Source: an uncultured Gemmataceae bacterium (GTDB lineage: Bacteria; Planctomycetota; Planctomycetia; Gemmatales; Gemmataceae). Taken from it: DNA of 64,000 bases. Below are positions 39,107 through 50,686 of this stretch, one piece after another. The translations under genes were made by a program, and so were the position numbers. The DNA is taken from NCBI GenBank assembly GCA_963750165.1, contig CAVVPN010000011.1, forward strand, positions 288,001-352,000, written 5' to 3'. Numbering within the stretch: the stretch's first letter is position 1; each line of letters begins with the position of its first letter. Below the pieces are notes generated by a model. That model was not told the origin of the DNA and made no database searches. It saw only the letters and a list, made by a program, of their open reading frames with translations.

Positions 39107-42100
39107 CTACTTGCTCAAATCCCACACCCGCACCCTCTGGTCGTAGCCCACAGACACCGCCTGCCGCGCGTCCGCCGTCAGCGCCACGCCCGTGATTAGC
39201 TCGCCGTGCCCGTCCCAGCGCCGCAGCGGCCTGCCGTCTGCCGCGTCCCACAGCCGCAGCGTCCGGTCGCGCCCGCCCGACAGCAATCGCTTGCCGTCCG
39301 CCGACACCGCCACCGCCGTGACCTCGCCGGCGTGCCCGGTCAACTTCCGCTTCAGCGCGCCGGTCTTCACGTCCCACTGCCGAATCACGCCGTCCAGCCC
39401 CGCCGACCACAGCATCCGGCCGTCCGCCGACAGCGCCAGCGCGTTGACCTTCCCGAACTGGTCCTTGTCCTTGTACTGGCGCACCTCCGCGCCGCTGTCC
39501 ACGTTCCACAGCCGCACCGTGCCGTCGTCGGCCGCCGACACCGCCTGCTTGCCGCCTGGCAGGAACGCCACCGCCGTCACCGTGTCGCCGTGGCCGACGA
39601 ATTCGCGCACTGTCTGCCCGCTGTCCAGATCCCACAGACGCAGCTTGCGTTCCAGCCCGCCGGTCAGGGCGTGGCGGCCGTCCGGCGCGAACGCCACCGC
39701 CGTCACCCGGCCGTTGTGGGGCAGCTTCTTCAGCTCCTTGCCGCGCGGCACGTCCCATAACCGAGCCGTTTTGTCCCAGCTGCCCGACAGCGCCTGCTGG
39801 CCGTCGCCGCTCACCGCGACGCACAGTACGCCCTCCTCGTGGCCCAGGAACGTCCACAGCACCTTGCCCGTGTTCAGGTCCCACTGCCGCACGGTTTTGT
39901 CCAGGCTCGCCGTCAACGCCCGCTGTCCCTGGCCCATCAACACCACCGCTTCCACCGGCCCCTCGTGGCCCTCGCACTGGCGGACCTGCTTCACCGGCTG
40001 CTCGACGGGCGGCGGCTTCACCTCCTGCTTCGGGCCCTTCTTGGGATCGATCTTTTTCGGCGGCGGGTCGTAAATCGCGCCGGGCACGCCCCACAGCCGC
40101 ACTGTCTTGTCGGCGCCGGCGGAGACGAACCAGCGGCCATCCGGTGCAAACGCCACACCGGAGACGGCGCCCTTGTGGCCGTCGTAGGTCCGCAGTTGTT
40201 TGTGGGTCGTCATGTCCCACAGGCGGATGCTCTGGTCCGCGCCCGACGACAGCAGTCGCACCCCTTCGGGCGAGTAGGACAGGGCGTAGACGGCGCTGCC
40301 GTGGCCGGACAGGTTGAACAGCAGCGCTCCCTGGGCCACGTCGTACACGCGCACCAGCCGATCCGTGCAGCCGGTCACCAGTTGTCTGCCATCCGGCGAG
40401 AACGTCACCGTGGTCACCTTGTCGGGGTGCGGCAGCGCCTTCAGCTCCACGCCGCCCGGCAACTCCCAGAGCCGGGCCGTGTTGTCCCAGCCCGCCGTCG
40501 CCGCCAACTTGCCGTCCGGGGAGATCGCCACCCAGTTGATCGCCTTGCGGTGGCCGATCAACTCCCGCACCTGCTCGCCCGTGTCCACGTCCCACAACCG
40601 GGCCACGTTGTCCTCGCCGCCCGAGAGCAGATACTTGCCGTCCGGCGTGAAGGCCACGCCCCAGACCGGCTTCATGTGCTTCGTCAGCACGTGCCGGGCC
40701 GCGCCGTTTTGCAGATCCCAGATCCGCACCGTCGCGTCCGCGCCGCAGGTCGCTCCGGTGCGGCCATCCGGTGAGATCGCCACGCCGTACAGTTTGCTCG
40801 TGTGGCCGCGCAACTCCCGCACCTGGTAGCCGCCAAACACGTCCCACAACCGGGCGGAGTTGTCGTGGCCGACCGACAGCGCCTGCCGGCCGTCCGGGCT
40901 GTAGGCGACGCGATCGACGTGCTGTGTGTGGCCCTTCAGCTGACGAATCTCGCCGGCCGGGCACAGGGCGGTGTAGCCGGGCAGGTTCCACACCCGCACC
41001 GTCCGGTCGTGGCCGCCCGAGACGAGCCGCTGGCCGTCCGGCGTGAAGGCCAGGCCGGCGACCGCGCCCGTGTGGCCGGTGAACACGTGCAGCGTCCGGT
41101 TGCGCTCCAGGTCCCACAGCCGAATGGTCTGGTCCTGGCCGCCGGACGCGGCGAAGCGGCCGCAGGGCGACACCGCCACGATGTAGACTCTGTCGGTGTG
41201 GCCGGTGTGGGTCCACACCGTCTTGCCGCTGTCCACGTCCCAGAGCCGCACTGATTTATCCTGACTGCCTGAGAGGAATTGCTTGCCGCCCGGCAGCACC
41301 GCCACCGTGGACACGCTGGCCTTGTGGCCCTTGTAGCGGCGCAGTTCGGCGCCGGTCTGGGCGTTCCAGAGGATCAGCGTGTTGTCCCAGCTGGCCGTCA
41401 CGAACCGTTTGCCGTCCGGCAGCCAGGCGGCGCTGTTGATCGCCTTGTCGTGGCCGGTGAAGGTGCGGATCGGCACGCCCGTCTCGGCGTCCCACAGGCG
41501 GGCGAGATTGTCCATGCCGGCGGTCAGCACCTGCTTCTGATCGGGCGAGAACAGGGCAACCCACAGGGCGTCGTCACCCGTGAAGGTCCGCAGCAGCTTG
41601 CCGTCGTTGGCGTTCCACAGCTTGGCGGTCCTGTCCTTGCTGGAGCTGAGGAAGCGGCGGCTGTCGGCGGCGAACTGCACGAAGGTCACGGAATTGTTGT
41701 GGGCCTTGATGACCCGGCCGGCTTTGGGATGCGGCCACAGCTCCCAGACGCGCACGGTGTTGTCCTTGTCCATGCCGGCCGACAGCACGCGCCGGCCGTC
41801 GGGCGAAACCGCAATGCGGTCGATGCCGGCCGTGTGACCCTGGAGCCGGGCGGCCTCGCCGACCAGCGGGCAGGCCAGGTACGTCGGCAGCCGCCAGCGC
41901 CGCAGGGTGGCGTCGTCGGACGCGGACACCAGATAGCGGCCGTCACCCCCGCAGACGACCGCCCGAACCGCCTGGGTGTGGCCCGCGAAGCGCTGCAGTT
42001 CGCGGCCGCTGGCGGTCTCCCACAGGCGCACGAGGCGGTCACCGGCCGCGGTGAAGACGAAGCGACCGTCCGGCGAGTATGCTACCCCGGCGATTTCGCC

Positions 42101-44272
42101 CTGGATGCCGAGGAAGGGGCGAATTTGCTTGCCGGTGTCCACGTCCCACAGCCAGACCACGTTGTCCTCGCCGCCCGAGAGGACCGTGCGGCCGTCGGGC
42201 GCGAACGCCACGGCGTTGACGGCCCCACGGTGCCCCTGCAGTACGTGGGAGGGTTTGCCGGTGTCCACGTCCCAGAGGCGCACCGTGCCGTCACGGCCGC
42301 CCGAGACAGCGCGCCGGCCGTAAGGCGCGAACGCCACGGTGAGCACGTCGCCGACGTGGCCGGTGAGCCGGCGGATTTCCTTGCCGGTGGACAGGTCCCA
42401 CAGGATCAGTTCGCGGTTATTGCCGCCGGACAGGGCGCGGCGGCCGTCCGACGCGAACGACACCGCCTGCACCTTGTCGCTGTGGCCGCGCAACTCGTGG
42501 ACCAACGCGCCGGTGCTCAGGTTCCAGAGGCATACGCTTTTGTCCCAGCCGGCGGACAGGGCCCGTGAGCCGTCCGGCGAGACGGCGACATCGTGGACGC
42601 GCTCCTTGTGGGCGGCGAGCGTGTGGAGTTCCTTGCCGGTCGGCAGGTCCCAGACGCGGACGGTGCCGTCGGCGCCGCCGGAGACGGCGCGAAGGCCGTT
42701 GGGCGTCAGGGCGACAGCGTCCACCGGGCCGGTGTGGCCGGTGAAGGTCGCCACGGCCTGGATCGGGTTGACGCGCTCGGCGGCGGCTGGGCCGCCAGGC
42801 CCCGGGGGCGGCGCGAGGTCGCGCGCCACCGACCACCAGATCAGCGCCCCGTAGGCACTCGTGACCAGCAGGCAGCACAGGCCGACGGTCACCCAGATGG
42901 GCCAGGTGCTGGCGGCCAGGGTGAGGTTGCGGCGGCGGTCGGCGCGCAGCTCGGGGCCGGAGCGCGGCTCGGGCCGATGCCAGATCTTGGACTCGGTGGC
43001 GTAGCCGGGCTCGTCGGCAGTCCGGCGGCCGCGGCCGGGGACCGGTGTGCGCGGCCGGTCGCTGCCGGGGGCGCCCGCACTGCTCGGCGGCTTGAGCGAC
43101 TGCATGGTCGGCATCGAGCTGAGCGACGGTCCTGCCGCGTCCACCCGGGTGGGCTGCCGGCTGTTCCCGGCGCTGCTGGGGGCGACGCCGGACAGGTCGA
43201 GGCGCGGCATCTCGACACTGGTGGGCGGCGGCACTGGCAGTTGCGTCCAGGGGCTGAGGGCGGCGACGACCTCCAGCGGCGTCTGGTAGCGCTGGTTGGG
43301 GTCCTTGGCGATCATCTTGTTCATGACCGCGACCAGTTCCTCGGGCACGTCCTGGCGCACCTCGCGGAGGGGCCGGGGCTGCCGGACCTGGTGCCAGATG
43401 AGTTTCTGGGCGACCGTGCCCTCCTCGAAGGGGCTCTTGCCGGCCAGCAGGAAATAGAAGGTGATGCCGAGGCTGTACACGTCGGCGCGGATGTCCACCC
43501 CGTGGCTGTCCAGCGCCTGCTCGGGGGCGAGGTAGTCCGCCGTGCCCAGAACGCTGGTGGCGTCGTACTGTTTGGTCAGTTCGTCGCGGTCGTCCTTGAA
43601 GAAGCGGGCCAGGCCCATGTCGAGCACCTTGACGATGCCGCCGCGATCAACGATCAGGTTGCCGGGCTTGATGTCGCGGTGGACCAGGCCCGCTTCGTGG
43701 GCGTGCTGCAGGCCGAGCGCCGCCTGGGCGATGTAATGGGCGGCCCGGTTCACCTCCAGCGCGCCGTTGCGCTTGACGACCTCCTGCAGACTGCTGCCAT
43801 CGACGTATTCCATGACGAGGAAGTGCAGTTTGTCCTCGCGGTCGATGTCGTGGGCGCGGACGATGTTGGGGTGGTCGAGGGCGGCGACGGCGCGGGCCTC
43901 GCGCTCGAAGCGCTCGACAGCGGCGGGGTCGCTGGACTGCGAGATCGGCAGCACCTTGAGCGCCACCTTGCGGCGCATGCGAATGTGTTCACATAAATAG
44001 ACGCTGCCCATGCCGCCGGCGCCGACGCGGGTCAGCAGCCGATACTTGCCGGCAATGATGAAGCCGCGCCACTTGCCCTGCAGCAGGTGATCGGCCTGGA
44101 ACTTGGTCAGCAGGCCGTCGCGGATCATGGCCTCGGCCAACTCCTTCGGCGACTGCGGCACCTTGCCGGCGGTTTCCAGGCGCTTCCAGTAATCGGCGAA
44201 GGCGTCCTTGCTCAGCACGCCACTCTTGTAGGTCAGGTCCAGAAATTCGTCGATGACGGTCGGCGCTGCCAT
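39107..44272 (-). CDS. Hanks-type Ser/Thr kinase with TM segment and 28 WD40 repeats
   Basis: [45 protein letters not shown]; four blocks of seven GH...W repeats. Confidence 0.95.
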   Translation of the reverse strand: MAAPTVIDEFLDLTYKSGVLSKDAFADYWKRLETAGKVPQSPKELAEAMIRDGLLTKFQADHLLQGKWRGFIIAGKYRLLTRVGAGGMGSVYLCEHIRMRRKVALKVLPISQSSDPAAVERFEREARAVAALDHPNIVRAHDIDREDKLHFLVMEYVDGSSLQEVVKRNGALEVNRAAHYIAQAALGLQHAHEAGLVHRDIKPGNLIVDRGGIVKVLDMGLARFFKDDRDELTKQYDATSVLGTADYLAPEQALDSHGVDIRADVYSLGITFYFLLAGKSPFEEGTVAQKLIWHQVRQPRPLREVRQDVPEELVAVMNKMIAKDPNQRYQTPLEVVAALSPWTQLPVPPPTSVEMPRLDLSGVAPSSAGNSRQPTRVDAAGPSLSSMPTMQSLKPPSSAGAPGSDRPRTPVPGRGRRTADEPGYATESKIWHRPEPRSGPELRADRRRNLTLAASTWPIWVTVGLCCLLVTSAYGALIWWSVARDLAPPPGPGGPAAAERVNPIQAVATFTGHTGPVDAVALTPNGLRAVSGGADGTVRVWDLPTGKELHTLAAHKERVHDVAVSPDGSRALSAGWDKSVCLWNLSTGALVHELRGHSDKVQAVSFASDGRRALSGGNNRELILWDLSTGKEIRRLTGHVGDVLTVAFAPYGRRAVSGGRDGTVRLWDVDTGKPSHVLQGHRGAVNAVAFAPDGRTVLSGGEDNVVWLWDVDTGKQIRPFLGIQGEIAGVAYSPDGRFVFTAAGDRLVRLWETASGRELQRFAGHTQAVRAVVCGGDGRYLVSASDDATLRRWRLPTYLACPLVGEAARLQGHTAGIDRIAVSPDGRRVLSAGMDKDNTVRVWELWPHPKAGRVIKAHNNSVTFVQFAADSRRFLSSSKDRTAKLWNANDGKLLRTFTGDDALWVALFSPDQKQVLTAGMDNLARLWDAETGVPIRTFTGHDKAINSAAWLPDGKRFVTASWDNTLILWNAQTGAELRRYKGHKASVSTVAVLPGGKQFLSGSQDKSVRLWDVDSGKTVWTHTGHTDRVYIVAVSPCGRFAASGGQDQTIRLWDLERNRTLHVFTGHTGAVAGLAFTPDGQRLVSGGHDRTVRVWNLPGYTALCPAGEIRQLKGHTQHVDRVAYSPDGRQALSVGHDNSARLWDVFGGYQVRELRGHTSKLYGVAISPDGRTGATCGADATVRIWDLQNGAARHVLTKHMKPVWGVAFTPDGKYLLSGGEDNVARLWDVDTGEQVRELIGHRKAINWVAISPDGKLAATAGWDNTARLWELPGGVELKALPHPDKVTTVTFSPDGRQLVTGCTDRLVRVYDVAQGALLFNLSGHGSAVYALSYSPEGVRLLSSGADQSIRLWDMTTHKQLRTYDGHKGAVSGVAFAPDGRWFVSAGADKTVRLWGVPGAIYDPPPKKIDPKKGPKQEVKPPPVEQPVKQVRQCEGHEGPVEAVVLMGQGQRALTASLDKTVRQWDLNTGKVLWTFLGHEEGVLCVAVSGDGQQALSGSWDKTARLWDVPRGKELKKLPHNGRVTAVAFAPDGRHALTGGLERKLRLWDLDSGQTVREFVGHGDTVTAVAFLPGGKQAVSAADDGTVRLWNVDSGAEVRQYKDKDQFGKVNALALSADGRMLWSAGLDGVIRQWDVKTGALKRKLTGHAGEVTAVAVSADGKRLLSGGRDRTLRLWDAADGRPLRRWDGHGELITGVALTADARQAVSVGYDQRVRVWDLSK

Positions 44273-44595
44273 TGGCCCTACCTTTTCAAGGACGCGAAAA
44301 AAGGGGGGTAAACGACCGCGGGGAGGCGGCCGATTAAAGAACGATGAATAGCGGGCGAAAGAACCAATCTACCTTCAGGATACATCGTGAACAGTGAGTT
44401 GTCACCTGGATTTGTGTGCGCAATGGGATGCCCATCGGAAGCGGGCGCATTCAAACTGCGGCGGCTGTTGCCGAACGCGGGTCAGGGATCTCCGACGGCA
44501 GCGACCAGACCACTGGCCCCGTTCGCTCCAGCGCCACCAGCAGCGGCCCGCCGGCGATGTCGGTTGGCACGGCGGGACGCTCGATGGCGTGGGTT

Positions 44596-44650
44596 GCCCC
44601 AACAAGAACGCCAAGAACGCCAAGGACGCCAACTTTTTTACACGTCGAGA
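44596..44650 (+). repeat. 55-bp core repeat, copy 5
   Basis: AACAAGAACGCCAAGAACGCCAAGGACGCCAACTTTTTTACACGTCGAGA; preceded by CGGTTGGCACGGCG as in the copy at 12827. Confidence 0.75.
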
Positions 44651-44812
44651 TTCGGCGCCCTGGCGACGAAGTGCAATTTTCCCCTCGCCAAGCTGTGCGG
44701 CGGTGCTTTATAATCTCCCATACAACCAACCCCGCCCGGCCGAACGTGCTGCCACCCTCGGCCGCAAGCCGCTTGCCCGCGTCCCGCCGTGACCTCACCA
44801 GAGGAACTGTCG

Positions 44813-47290
44813 ATGTCTGCCGCACTCCGTCTGTGCCTGCTGGGCAGTCTGCTGGCCCTGCCCGGGATCGCCGCCGCGCAAACGCCCGCCCCGGCCAACA
44901 TCGTCCGCCTCAGCGCCGCGCCCGCCGCGGTCGTCCTGACGCACGCCGACGACCGCCAGCAAATCCTGGTCACCGCCCACTGCGCCGACCAGACCGAGCG
45001 CGACGCCACCCACGCCGTCCAGTACACCGTCGCCAACCCCGCCGTCGCCAGCGTCAGTGCGCAGGGCGTGGTGCGGGCGAAGGGCGTCGGCCATACCGTC
45101 GTGCAGATCAGCGGCCCCGGCGGCAAGGCGGAGGTGCGGGTGAAGGTCACCGAGGCGGTGGAACGGCCGGTCAGTTTCGCCAACGATGTGATGCCGATCC
45201 TGGCCCGTGCCGGCTGCAACAGCGGCGCCTGCCACGGCTCCGCGTCCGGGAAGAAGGGTTTCAAGGTGTCGCTGCGCGGCTACAACCCGGCGACCGATTA
45301 CATCACGTTGACCCGCGGCGGCAACGGCCGGCGCCTCAACCGCAACGACCCCGACCGCAGTCTGCTGCTGCTCAAGCCGACCGGCAGAGTACCGCACGAG
45401 GGCGGCAAGCGCTTCGACGCCGACAGCGCTTACGCCCGCACCCTGCAGCGCTGGCTTGCGGAGGGGGCCGGCAACGACCTGGCCGCGGCGCCGAAGCTGG
45501 TACGTGTGGAGGTGGCGCCGTCGTCCCGCACGCTGCCAGCGGTCGGGCTGCGGCAGCAGTTGCGCGTCACCGCCCACTACAGCAACGGCAGCGCGCGCGA
45601 TGTAACCGCGGACGCCCGCTACAGTTCCAGCAACGAGGTGGTCGCCACGGTCGATGAGGCGGGCCTGGTCCGGCTGCCCGGCAAGGGCGAGGCGGCCATC
45701 ATGGTGCGCTACGGCCACGTCATGGCGGTCAGCAACCTGGCGGCGCTGGAGCACGACCCCAGGTTCGTCTGGTCGAACCCGCCCGAAACCAATTACATCG
45801 ACCGCCACGTCAACGCCAAGCTGAAGAAGATGCAATTCCTGCCGTCGGACCTGTGTTCCGATGAGGTGTTCCTGCGCCGCGTCCATTATGACGTGCTCGG
45901 CCTACCGCCGACGCCGAAGGAAATCCGTGCCTTCCTCGCGGACCAGCGCCCCGACAAGCGCGCCCGAGTCATCGATGCGCTGCTGGAGCGGCCGGAGCAC
46001 GCGGACTTCTGGGCGCTGAAGTGGGGCGATCTGCTCAAGGTGCGCTTCGACCTGATGCGCGACAAGGGCACCTGGGGCATGCACCGCTGGCTACGCGACG
46101 GCATCGCCGCCAACAAGCCGTATGACCAGTTCGTCCGCGCGATCGTCACCGCCGAGGGCAGCTGTGCCGAGAACCCGCCCGCCAACTTCTGGCGCGTCCA
46201 CGCCAGCGCCGACGAGGCGTCCGAGGCGACGGTGCAGGTGTTTTTCGGCGTCCGGTTGCTTTGCGCCCGTTGCCATGACCACCCGTTCGAGAAGTGGGTG
46301 CAGACGGACTATTACGGCATGACGGCGTTCTTCACGCAGGTCGGCCGCAAGGCCGGCAAGCGTCGCGATGACCAGATCATCTTTTTCCGGGAGGCCGCCC
46401 CGCAGGCCCGCCACTCGACCACCGGCGCCACCGTGCTGGCGAAATTCCTGGACGCCCCGACGCCGAAACTGACGCCGCAGCAAGACGCCCGCGCTGCCCT
46501 GGCGGCGTGGATGACGCGCAAGGACAACCCGTTCTTCGCCCGCGCCGCGGTCAACCGCTACTGGAGTTACCTGTTCGGCCGCGGCATCATCGACCCGGTG
46601 GACGACCTCCGCAGCAGCAACCCACCCAGCAACGGCCCGCTGCTCGACGCGCTGACGAAGGATTTCGTCGATCACGACTTCGACGTGCGCCACCTGCTGC
46701 GGACCATCCTGAACTCGCGGACGTATCAGCTGTCGGCCAAAACGAACCCGTGGAACCGCGATGACAAACTGCTCTTTTCACACGCGCTGCCGCGACGGCT
46801 GTCGGCAGAGCAGTTGCTGGACACGCTCAGCCAGGCGACGGGCCTCCGCGAGAATTTCGTCGGCCGTATCCCGGGTTCCGGCACGGTGGCGCTGCCGGTC
46901 GGCGGTCTGCGTGCCGGCCAGTTGCCGGATCGCCAGTTGACCGCGGAGATGCTGGACCTGTTCGGCCGGCCGCGCGGCGATACGTCGTGTTCCTGTGAGC
47001 GGCACGACGAGGCGAGCATGACGCAGGCGCTGCACCTGATTAACGGCAAGAGCCTGGCGCGGCGGCTCGCGGACCCGAATTGCAGCGTCAACAAGCTCGT
47101 GAAACAACCGAAGATCACGGACGAGCAGATCATTGAGGAATTGTACCTGAGCGTGCTGTGCCGGCGGCCGCGGCCGGAGGAGCGTGAGCTGATGCTGCGC
47201 CACTTCCGCGTTAGTCCCAACCGCCAGCAGGCCGCCCAGGACGCGCTGTGGGTGCTGTTCAACACCAAGGAACTGCTGTTTAATTACTGA
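44813..47290 (+). CDS. DUF1549/DUF1553 protein with Ig-like domains
   Basis: GCNSGACHG, FLRRVHYDVLG.PPT, CARCHDHPFEKW, VNRYW..LFGRGII.PVDD, CSCER, QALHLING. Confidence 0.9.
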   Translation: MSAALRLCLLGSLLALPGIAAAQTPAPANIVRLSAAPAAVVLTHADDRQQILVTAHCADQTERDATHAVQYTVANPAVASVSAQGVVRAKGVGHTVVQISGPGGKAEVRVKVTEAVERPVSFANDVMPILARAGCNSGACHGSASGKKGFKVSLRGYNPATDYITLTRGGNGRRLNRNDPDRSLLLLKPTGRVPHEGGKRFDADSAYARTLQRWLAEGAGNDLAAAPKLVRVEVAPSSRTLPAVGLRQQLRVTAHYSNGSARDVTADARYSSSNEVVATVDEAGLVRLPGKGEAAIMVRYGHVMAVSNLAALEHDPRFVWSNPPETNYIDRHVNAKLKKMQFLPSDLCSDEVFLRRVHYDVLGLPPTPKEIRAFLADQRPDKRARVIDALLERPEHADFWALKWGDLLKVRFDLMRDKGTWGMHRWLRDGIAANKPYDQFVRAIVTAEGSCAENPPANFWRVHASADEASEATVQVFFGVRLLCARCHDHPFEKWVQTDYYGMTAFFTQVGRKAGKRRDDQIIFFREAAPQARHSTTGATVLAKFLDAPTPKLTPQQDARAALAAWMTRKDNPFFARAAVNRYWSYLFGRGIIDPVDDLRSSNPPSNGPLLDALTKDFVDHDFDVRHLLRTILNSRTYQLSAKTNPWNRDDKLLFSHALPRRLSAEQLLDTLSQATGLRENFVGRIPGSGTVALPVGGLRAGQLPDRQLTAEMLDLFGRPRGDTSCSCERHDEASMTQALHLINGKSLARRLADPNCSVNKLVKQPKITDEQIIEELYLSVLCRRPRPEERELMLRHFRVSPNRQQAAQDALWVLFNTKELLFNY

Positions 47291-47404
47291 GTCATTAGTC
47301 ATCAGTCATCAGTCATTAGTCATCTGAGTGCCCGTTCAAAGCCTAACTTTTGCTCCTGGCAGGGACCCAGATTACTAATGACTAATGACTGATGACCAAT
47401 GACT
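47291..47404. repeat. Inverted arrays of heptamer repeats (GTCATYA / TRATGAC)
   Basis: GTCATTAGTCATCAGTCATCAGTCATTAGTCAT ... ACTAATGACTAATGACTGATGACCAATGAC. Confidence 0.75.
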
Positions 47405-47432
47405 CTTCGGATGCACCAGGAGTCCGCTGACC

Positions 47433-48935
47433 ATGCTGCGATCGCGCTGCTGTTACTGTGTCCTCTGTTCGCTGCTCGGGCTGTTGCTGACGCTGCTGCT
47501 GCTCAGCACGCCCAGCGCCGCCCGCGCCCAGGGCCCCGCCAAGAAAAGCTCCATCAGCTTCATCAACGACGTGGCCCCCATCCTGAAAGAGAACTGCTTC
47601 GCCTGCCACGACGCCAAGAAGCGCAAGGGCAAACTCGACATGACCACCTACGAGAACCTGCGCAAGGGCGGCATCAATGAGGATCCCATCACGCCCGGTA
47701 ACCCGCGCGATAGCAAGATTTACGAGGTGCTGACCAGCAAGGGCGCCGACCGCATGCCGCCCAGGGAGGCCGGTGATGCGCTGGCGAAGGAGAAAATCGC
47801 CGTCATCGAGCAGTGGATCAAGGAAGGCGCCAAGCTCGACAAGGAAGTGACCGCCAAGGCGGACCTGATGCGCGAATTGCGCGTCCGCTGGCAGCCGCCG
47901 GCGCCGCCGGCCGCGTACAAGTTCCCGGTCAACGTCAACGCCCTGGCGTTCACGCCGGACGGCAAACAACTGGTCGTCGGCGGCTATCATGAGTTGACGG
48001 TGTGGAACATCGCCGACGGCAAACTGCTCAAGCGCGTCCGCACGCGGGCGGAGCGCGCTTACGGCATGGTGTTCCTGCCCGACGGTAAACTGGTCGTCGC
48101 CGGCGGCCGGCCCGGTCAGGAGGGCGACGTGCGCGTCTACGATCTCGGTCCGCGCGGCAAGGAGGTCAACGGCATCGCGACCCTTGACGGCGTGTACGAC
48201 AAGCAGGTGTTGGTGCGGGAACTGGCCGAGACGGACGACTCCATCCTGGCGCTGGCGCTGAGCACCGACGGCAAGAAGCTGGCTGCCGCGGGTTGCGACC
48301 GCCTGGTGCGCGTCTGGGACGTGAGCGGCGGCATCGTCAACGCCAAAATGGACCCGCCCATTGAGAACCACGCGGACTGGGTGTTCGGCCTGGCATTCTC
48401 CCCGGACGGCAAGTATCTGCTGACCGCCAGCCGAGACAAGACGGCCAAGGTGTGGGACCTGACCGCGAAGGAATCGGTGCTGACGTTCCCGGATCACCAG
48501 CAGGGCGTTTATGGCGTCGCCATCACGGGCGACGGCAAGATCGGCATCTCCGTGGCCGACGACGGCAATGTGCGCTTCTGGCAGGCGACGGACGACAAAA
48601 AGCAGATCGGCAAGCAGACGAAGATCGGCGGCGGCCACAGCAAGGGCGTCTTCAAGATCGCTTATCGCAACGATCCGAAGAAGCCGTTGCTGGCGACCTG
48701 CGGCCAGGACGGCACGGTGCGGCTGTGGAACCCGATGACGGGCGCGGCCATCAAGACGTTGACCGGCCACACGGACTGGGTGTTCGCGGTGGCGCTGAGC
48801 CCCGACGGCAGCCTGGTCGCGTCCGGCAGCTGGAACGGCGAGGTCAGGGTCTGGAAAACCAGCGACGGCAGCCTGGTGCAGTCGTTCAACGCCTCGCCCG
48901 GCTACGCGGCGCCCAAGGTCGAGGCGAAGAAGTAA
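47433..48935 (+). CDS. Planctomycete cytochrome c domain + WD40-repeat protein
   Basis: SF.NDVAPIL..NCFACH, RMPP, WIKEGAK, then WD40 repeats. Confidence 0.88.
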   Translation: MLRSRCCYCVLCSLLGLLLTLLLLSTPSAARAQGPAKKSSISFINDVAPILKENCFACHDAKKRKGKLDMTTYENLRKGGINEDPITPGNPRDSKIYEVLTSKGADRMPPREAGDALAKEKIAVIEQWIKEGAKLDKEVTAKADLMRELRVRWQPPAPPAAYKFPVNVNALAFTPDGKQLVVGGYHELTVWNIADGKLLKRVRTRAERAYGMVFLPDGKLVVAGGRPGQEGDVRVYDLGPRGKEVNGIATLDGVYDKQVLVRELAETDDSILALALSTDGKKLAAAGCDRLVRVWDVSGGIVNAKMDPPIENHADWVFGLAFSPDGKYLLTASRDKTAKVWDLTAKESVLTFPDHQQGVYGVAITGDGKIGISVADDGNVRFWQATDDKKQIGKQTKIGGGHSKGVFKIAYRNDPKKPLLATCGQDGTVRLWNPMTGAAIKTLTGHTDWVFAVALSPDGSLVASGSWNGEVRVWKTSDGSLVQSFNASPGYAAPKVEAKK

Positions 48936-48978
48936 ACCAAACGTGGGGCAGACAATCCTGTCTCCCTCTGCAGTGGCT

Positions 48979-49290
48979 CTGTTGTGGCCCGGTCTCCGCT
49001 CTGTTGTGGCCCGGTCTCCGGACCGGGCCACGCGGCAGACTCCTCCTCTGTTGTGGCCCGGTCTCCGGACCGGGCCACGCGGCAGGACCGAAGGTCTCCC
49101 CACATTCACGCGAATTGAAGAGGAGACCTTCGGTCGGGGCCGGTGGCCTGGTCAGGAGACCAGGCCACAACGCTGGAGGTCGGGGCCGGTGGCCTGGTCA
49201 GGAGACCAGGCCACAACGCTGGAGACCAAGCCACAACGCTGGAGACCAGGCCACAACGCTGAAGACCAAGCTACAACGCTGAACCACAAC
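48979..49290. repeat. BIME/REP-like composite repeat with decaying 20-bp tandem array
   Basis: 3x TGTTGTGGCCCGGTCTCC, central GACCGAAGGTCTCC/GGAGACCTTCGGTC, then ~5x GGAGACCAGGCCACAACGCT. Confidence 0.8.
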
Positions 49291-49309
49291 CCATCCCACG
49301 GTCACCTCG

Positions 49310-50528
49310 ATGAACAACGCAGCGACCTTCGACGCACTGCAATCCCTGCTCGAAACCCAGGGCGCGGCCCCGGCCATCGACCAGCTGTGCCACGTCCTGG
49401 AGGAGCGGCACGATTACCCCAATCTCTTTTACGCGCTGCTGCTGAAAAAGCGGTTCGAGCTGGGCGTCTCGCCGATCCCGACGGCGCCCGCATCGGAACT
49501 GCCGGCGGAGTACCACGCCGCCTACGAGGAAGCCATCCGCAACGCCGGCCATCACGTCGGCGCGCTGGCCCTGCGCGACGGCCGCATCCCCGACGCCTGG
49601 GTCTTCTACCGCATGCTCGGCGAGAAGGAGCCGGTCGTCAAGGCCATCGAGAACGTCAAGCTGCTCGACGGCGAGGACTGCAACGATCTCATCAACATCG
49701 CCTTTCACGAGGGCGTCCACCCGCGCAAGGGTTTCGACCTGTTGCTCGATCGCTACGGCCTGTGCAGCGCCATCACCACGCTCGGTGGCCAGGATTTCCG
49801 CAACGACACCGACACGCGCGACTACTGCCTCAAGCGCCTGGTGCGGGCGCTGTACGACGAACTGGTGGGCCGGCTGACGGCGGAGATCGAACACCAGGAG
49901 GGCAAGAAGCCTGAGTCGCGCAACGTGGCGGAGTTGATCGCCGGCCGTGACTGGCTGTTCGGCGATGACTTCTATTGCATCGACACCTCGCACCTCAGCT
50001 CCGTGGTGCAGATGAGTATGTATCTGCCGCGCGGCCCCGAACTGCAAATGGTCCGCGACATGTGCCAGTACGGCCAGAAGCTGTCGCCGCGCTTCCAGTA
50101 CCCGGGGGCGCCGCCGTTCGAGGACCAGTACAGGGATTACGCCGTCTACTTCGCCATCCTGGCGGGCGAGAACGTCGAGGTTGGACTGGCGCACTTCCGG
50201 GCCAAGGTGGAGCAGGCGGGCCCGCCGGCGCCCGTCGAGCGCCGAGGACGCGGCGGCCGCGGCGGAGATGGGCGTCGAGATGGAGAGCAGTGACACCTAC
50301 CCGGCGGAGGTGCTGGTCAACCTGCTGCTGCGGCTGGAGCGGCCGCAGGAGGCGCTGGCGGTCGCCCGACAATACCTGGCCGGCGCTGACGAACGCCGCA
50401 TTCGCTGTCCGGGCATCGTGGACCTGTGCCAGCGTGTGCAGGACTTCCGCACCCTGGCGGAGGTGGCCCGGGAGCAGAACAACCCCGTGCATTTCGTCGC
50501 GGGACTGATCGCCGCGGCGAAGAAGTGA
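49310..50528 (+). CDS. Conserved-looking helical hypothetical protein; frameshift near 50230
   Basis: ORF 49310..50293 continues in ORF ending 50528 (YPAEVLVNLLLRL...VHFVAGLIAAAKK); host codon usage. Confidence 0.7.
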
Positions 50529-50686
50529 CCTGTCGTGCCGGCAAGCGCTTTCTGGCACGCCGGCCGCGTCCCGGACGCAAGCGCAATCGCTGGATCTTCT
50601 CCCTGTGGGCGCTTTTTCCTCAAAAAGCTGATCGTCACGGATTGTGCGGCGAGGGGTTATCTCGCCCCTTCGGGGCGAAGCAGGCC

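Noticed and set aside
49160..49290. Tandem 20-bp repeats as CRISPR
   Set aside because: No unique spacers; part of a REP-like inverted structure
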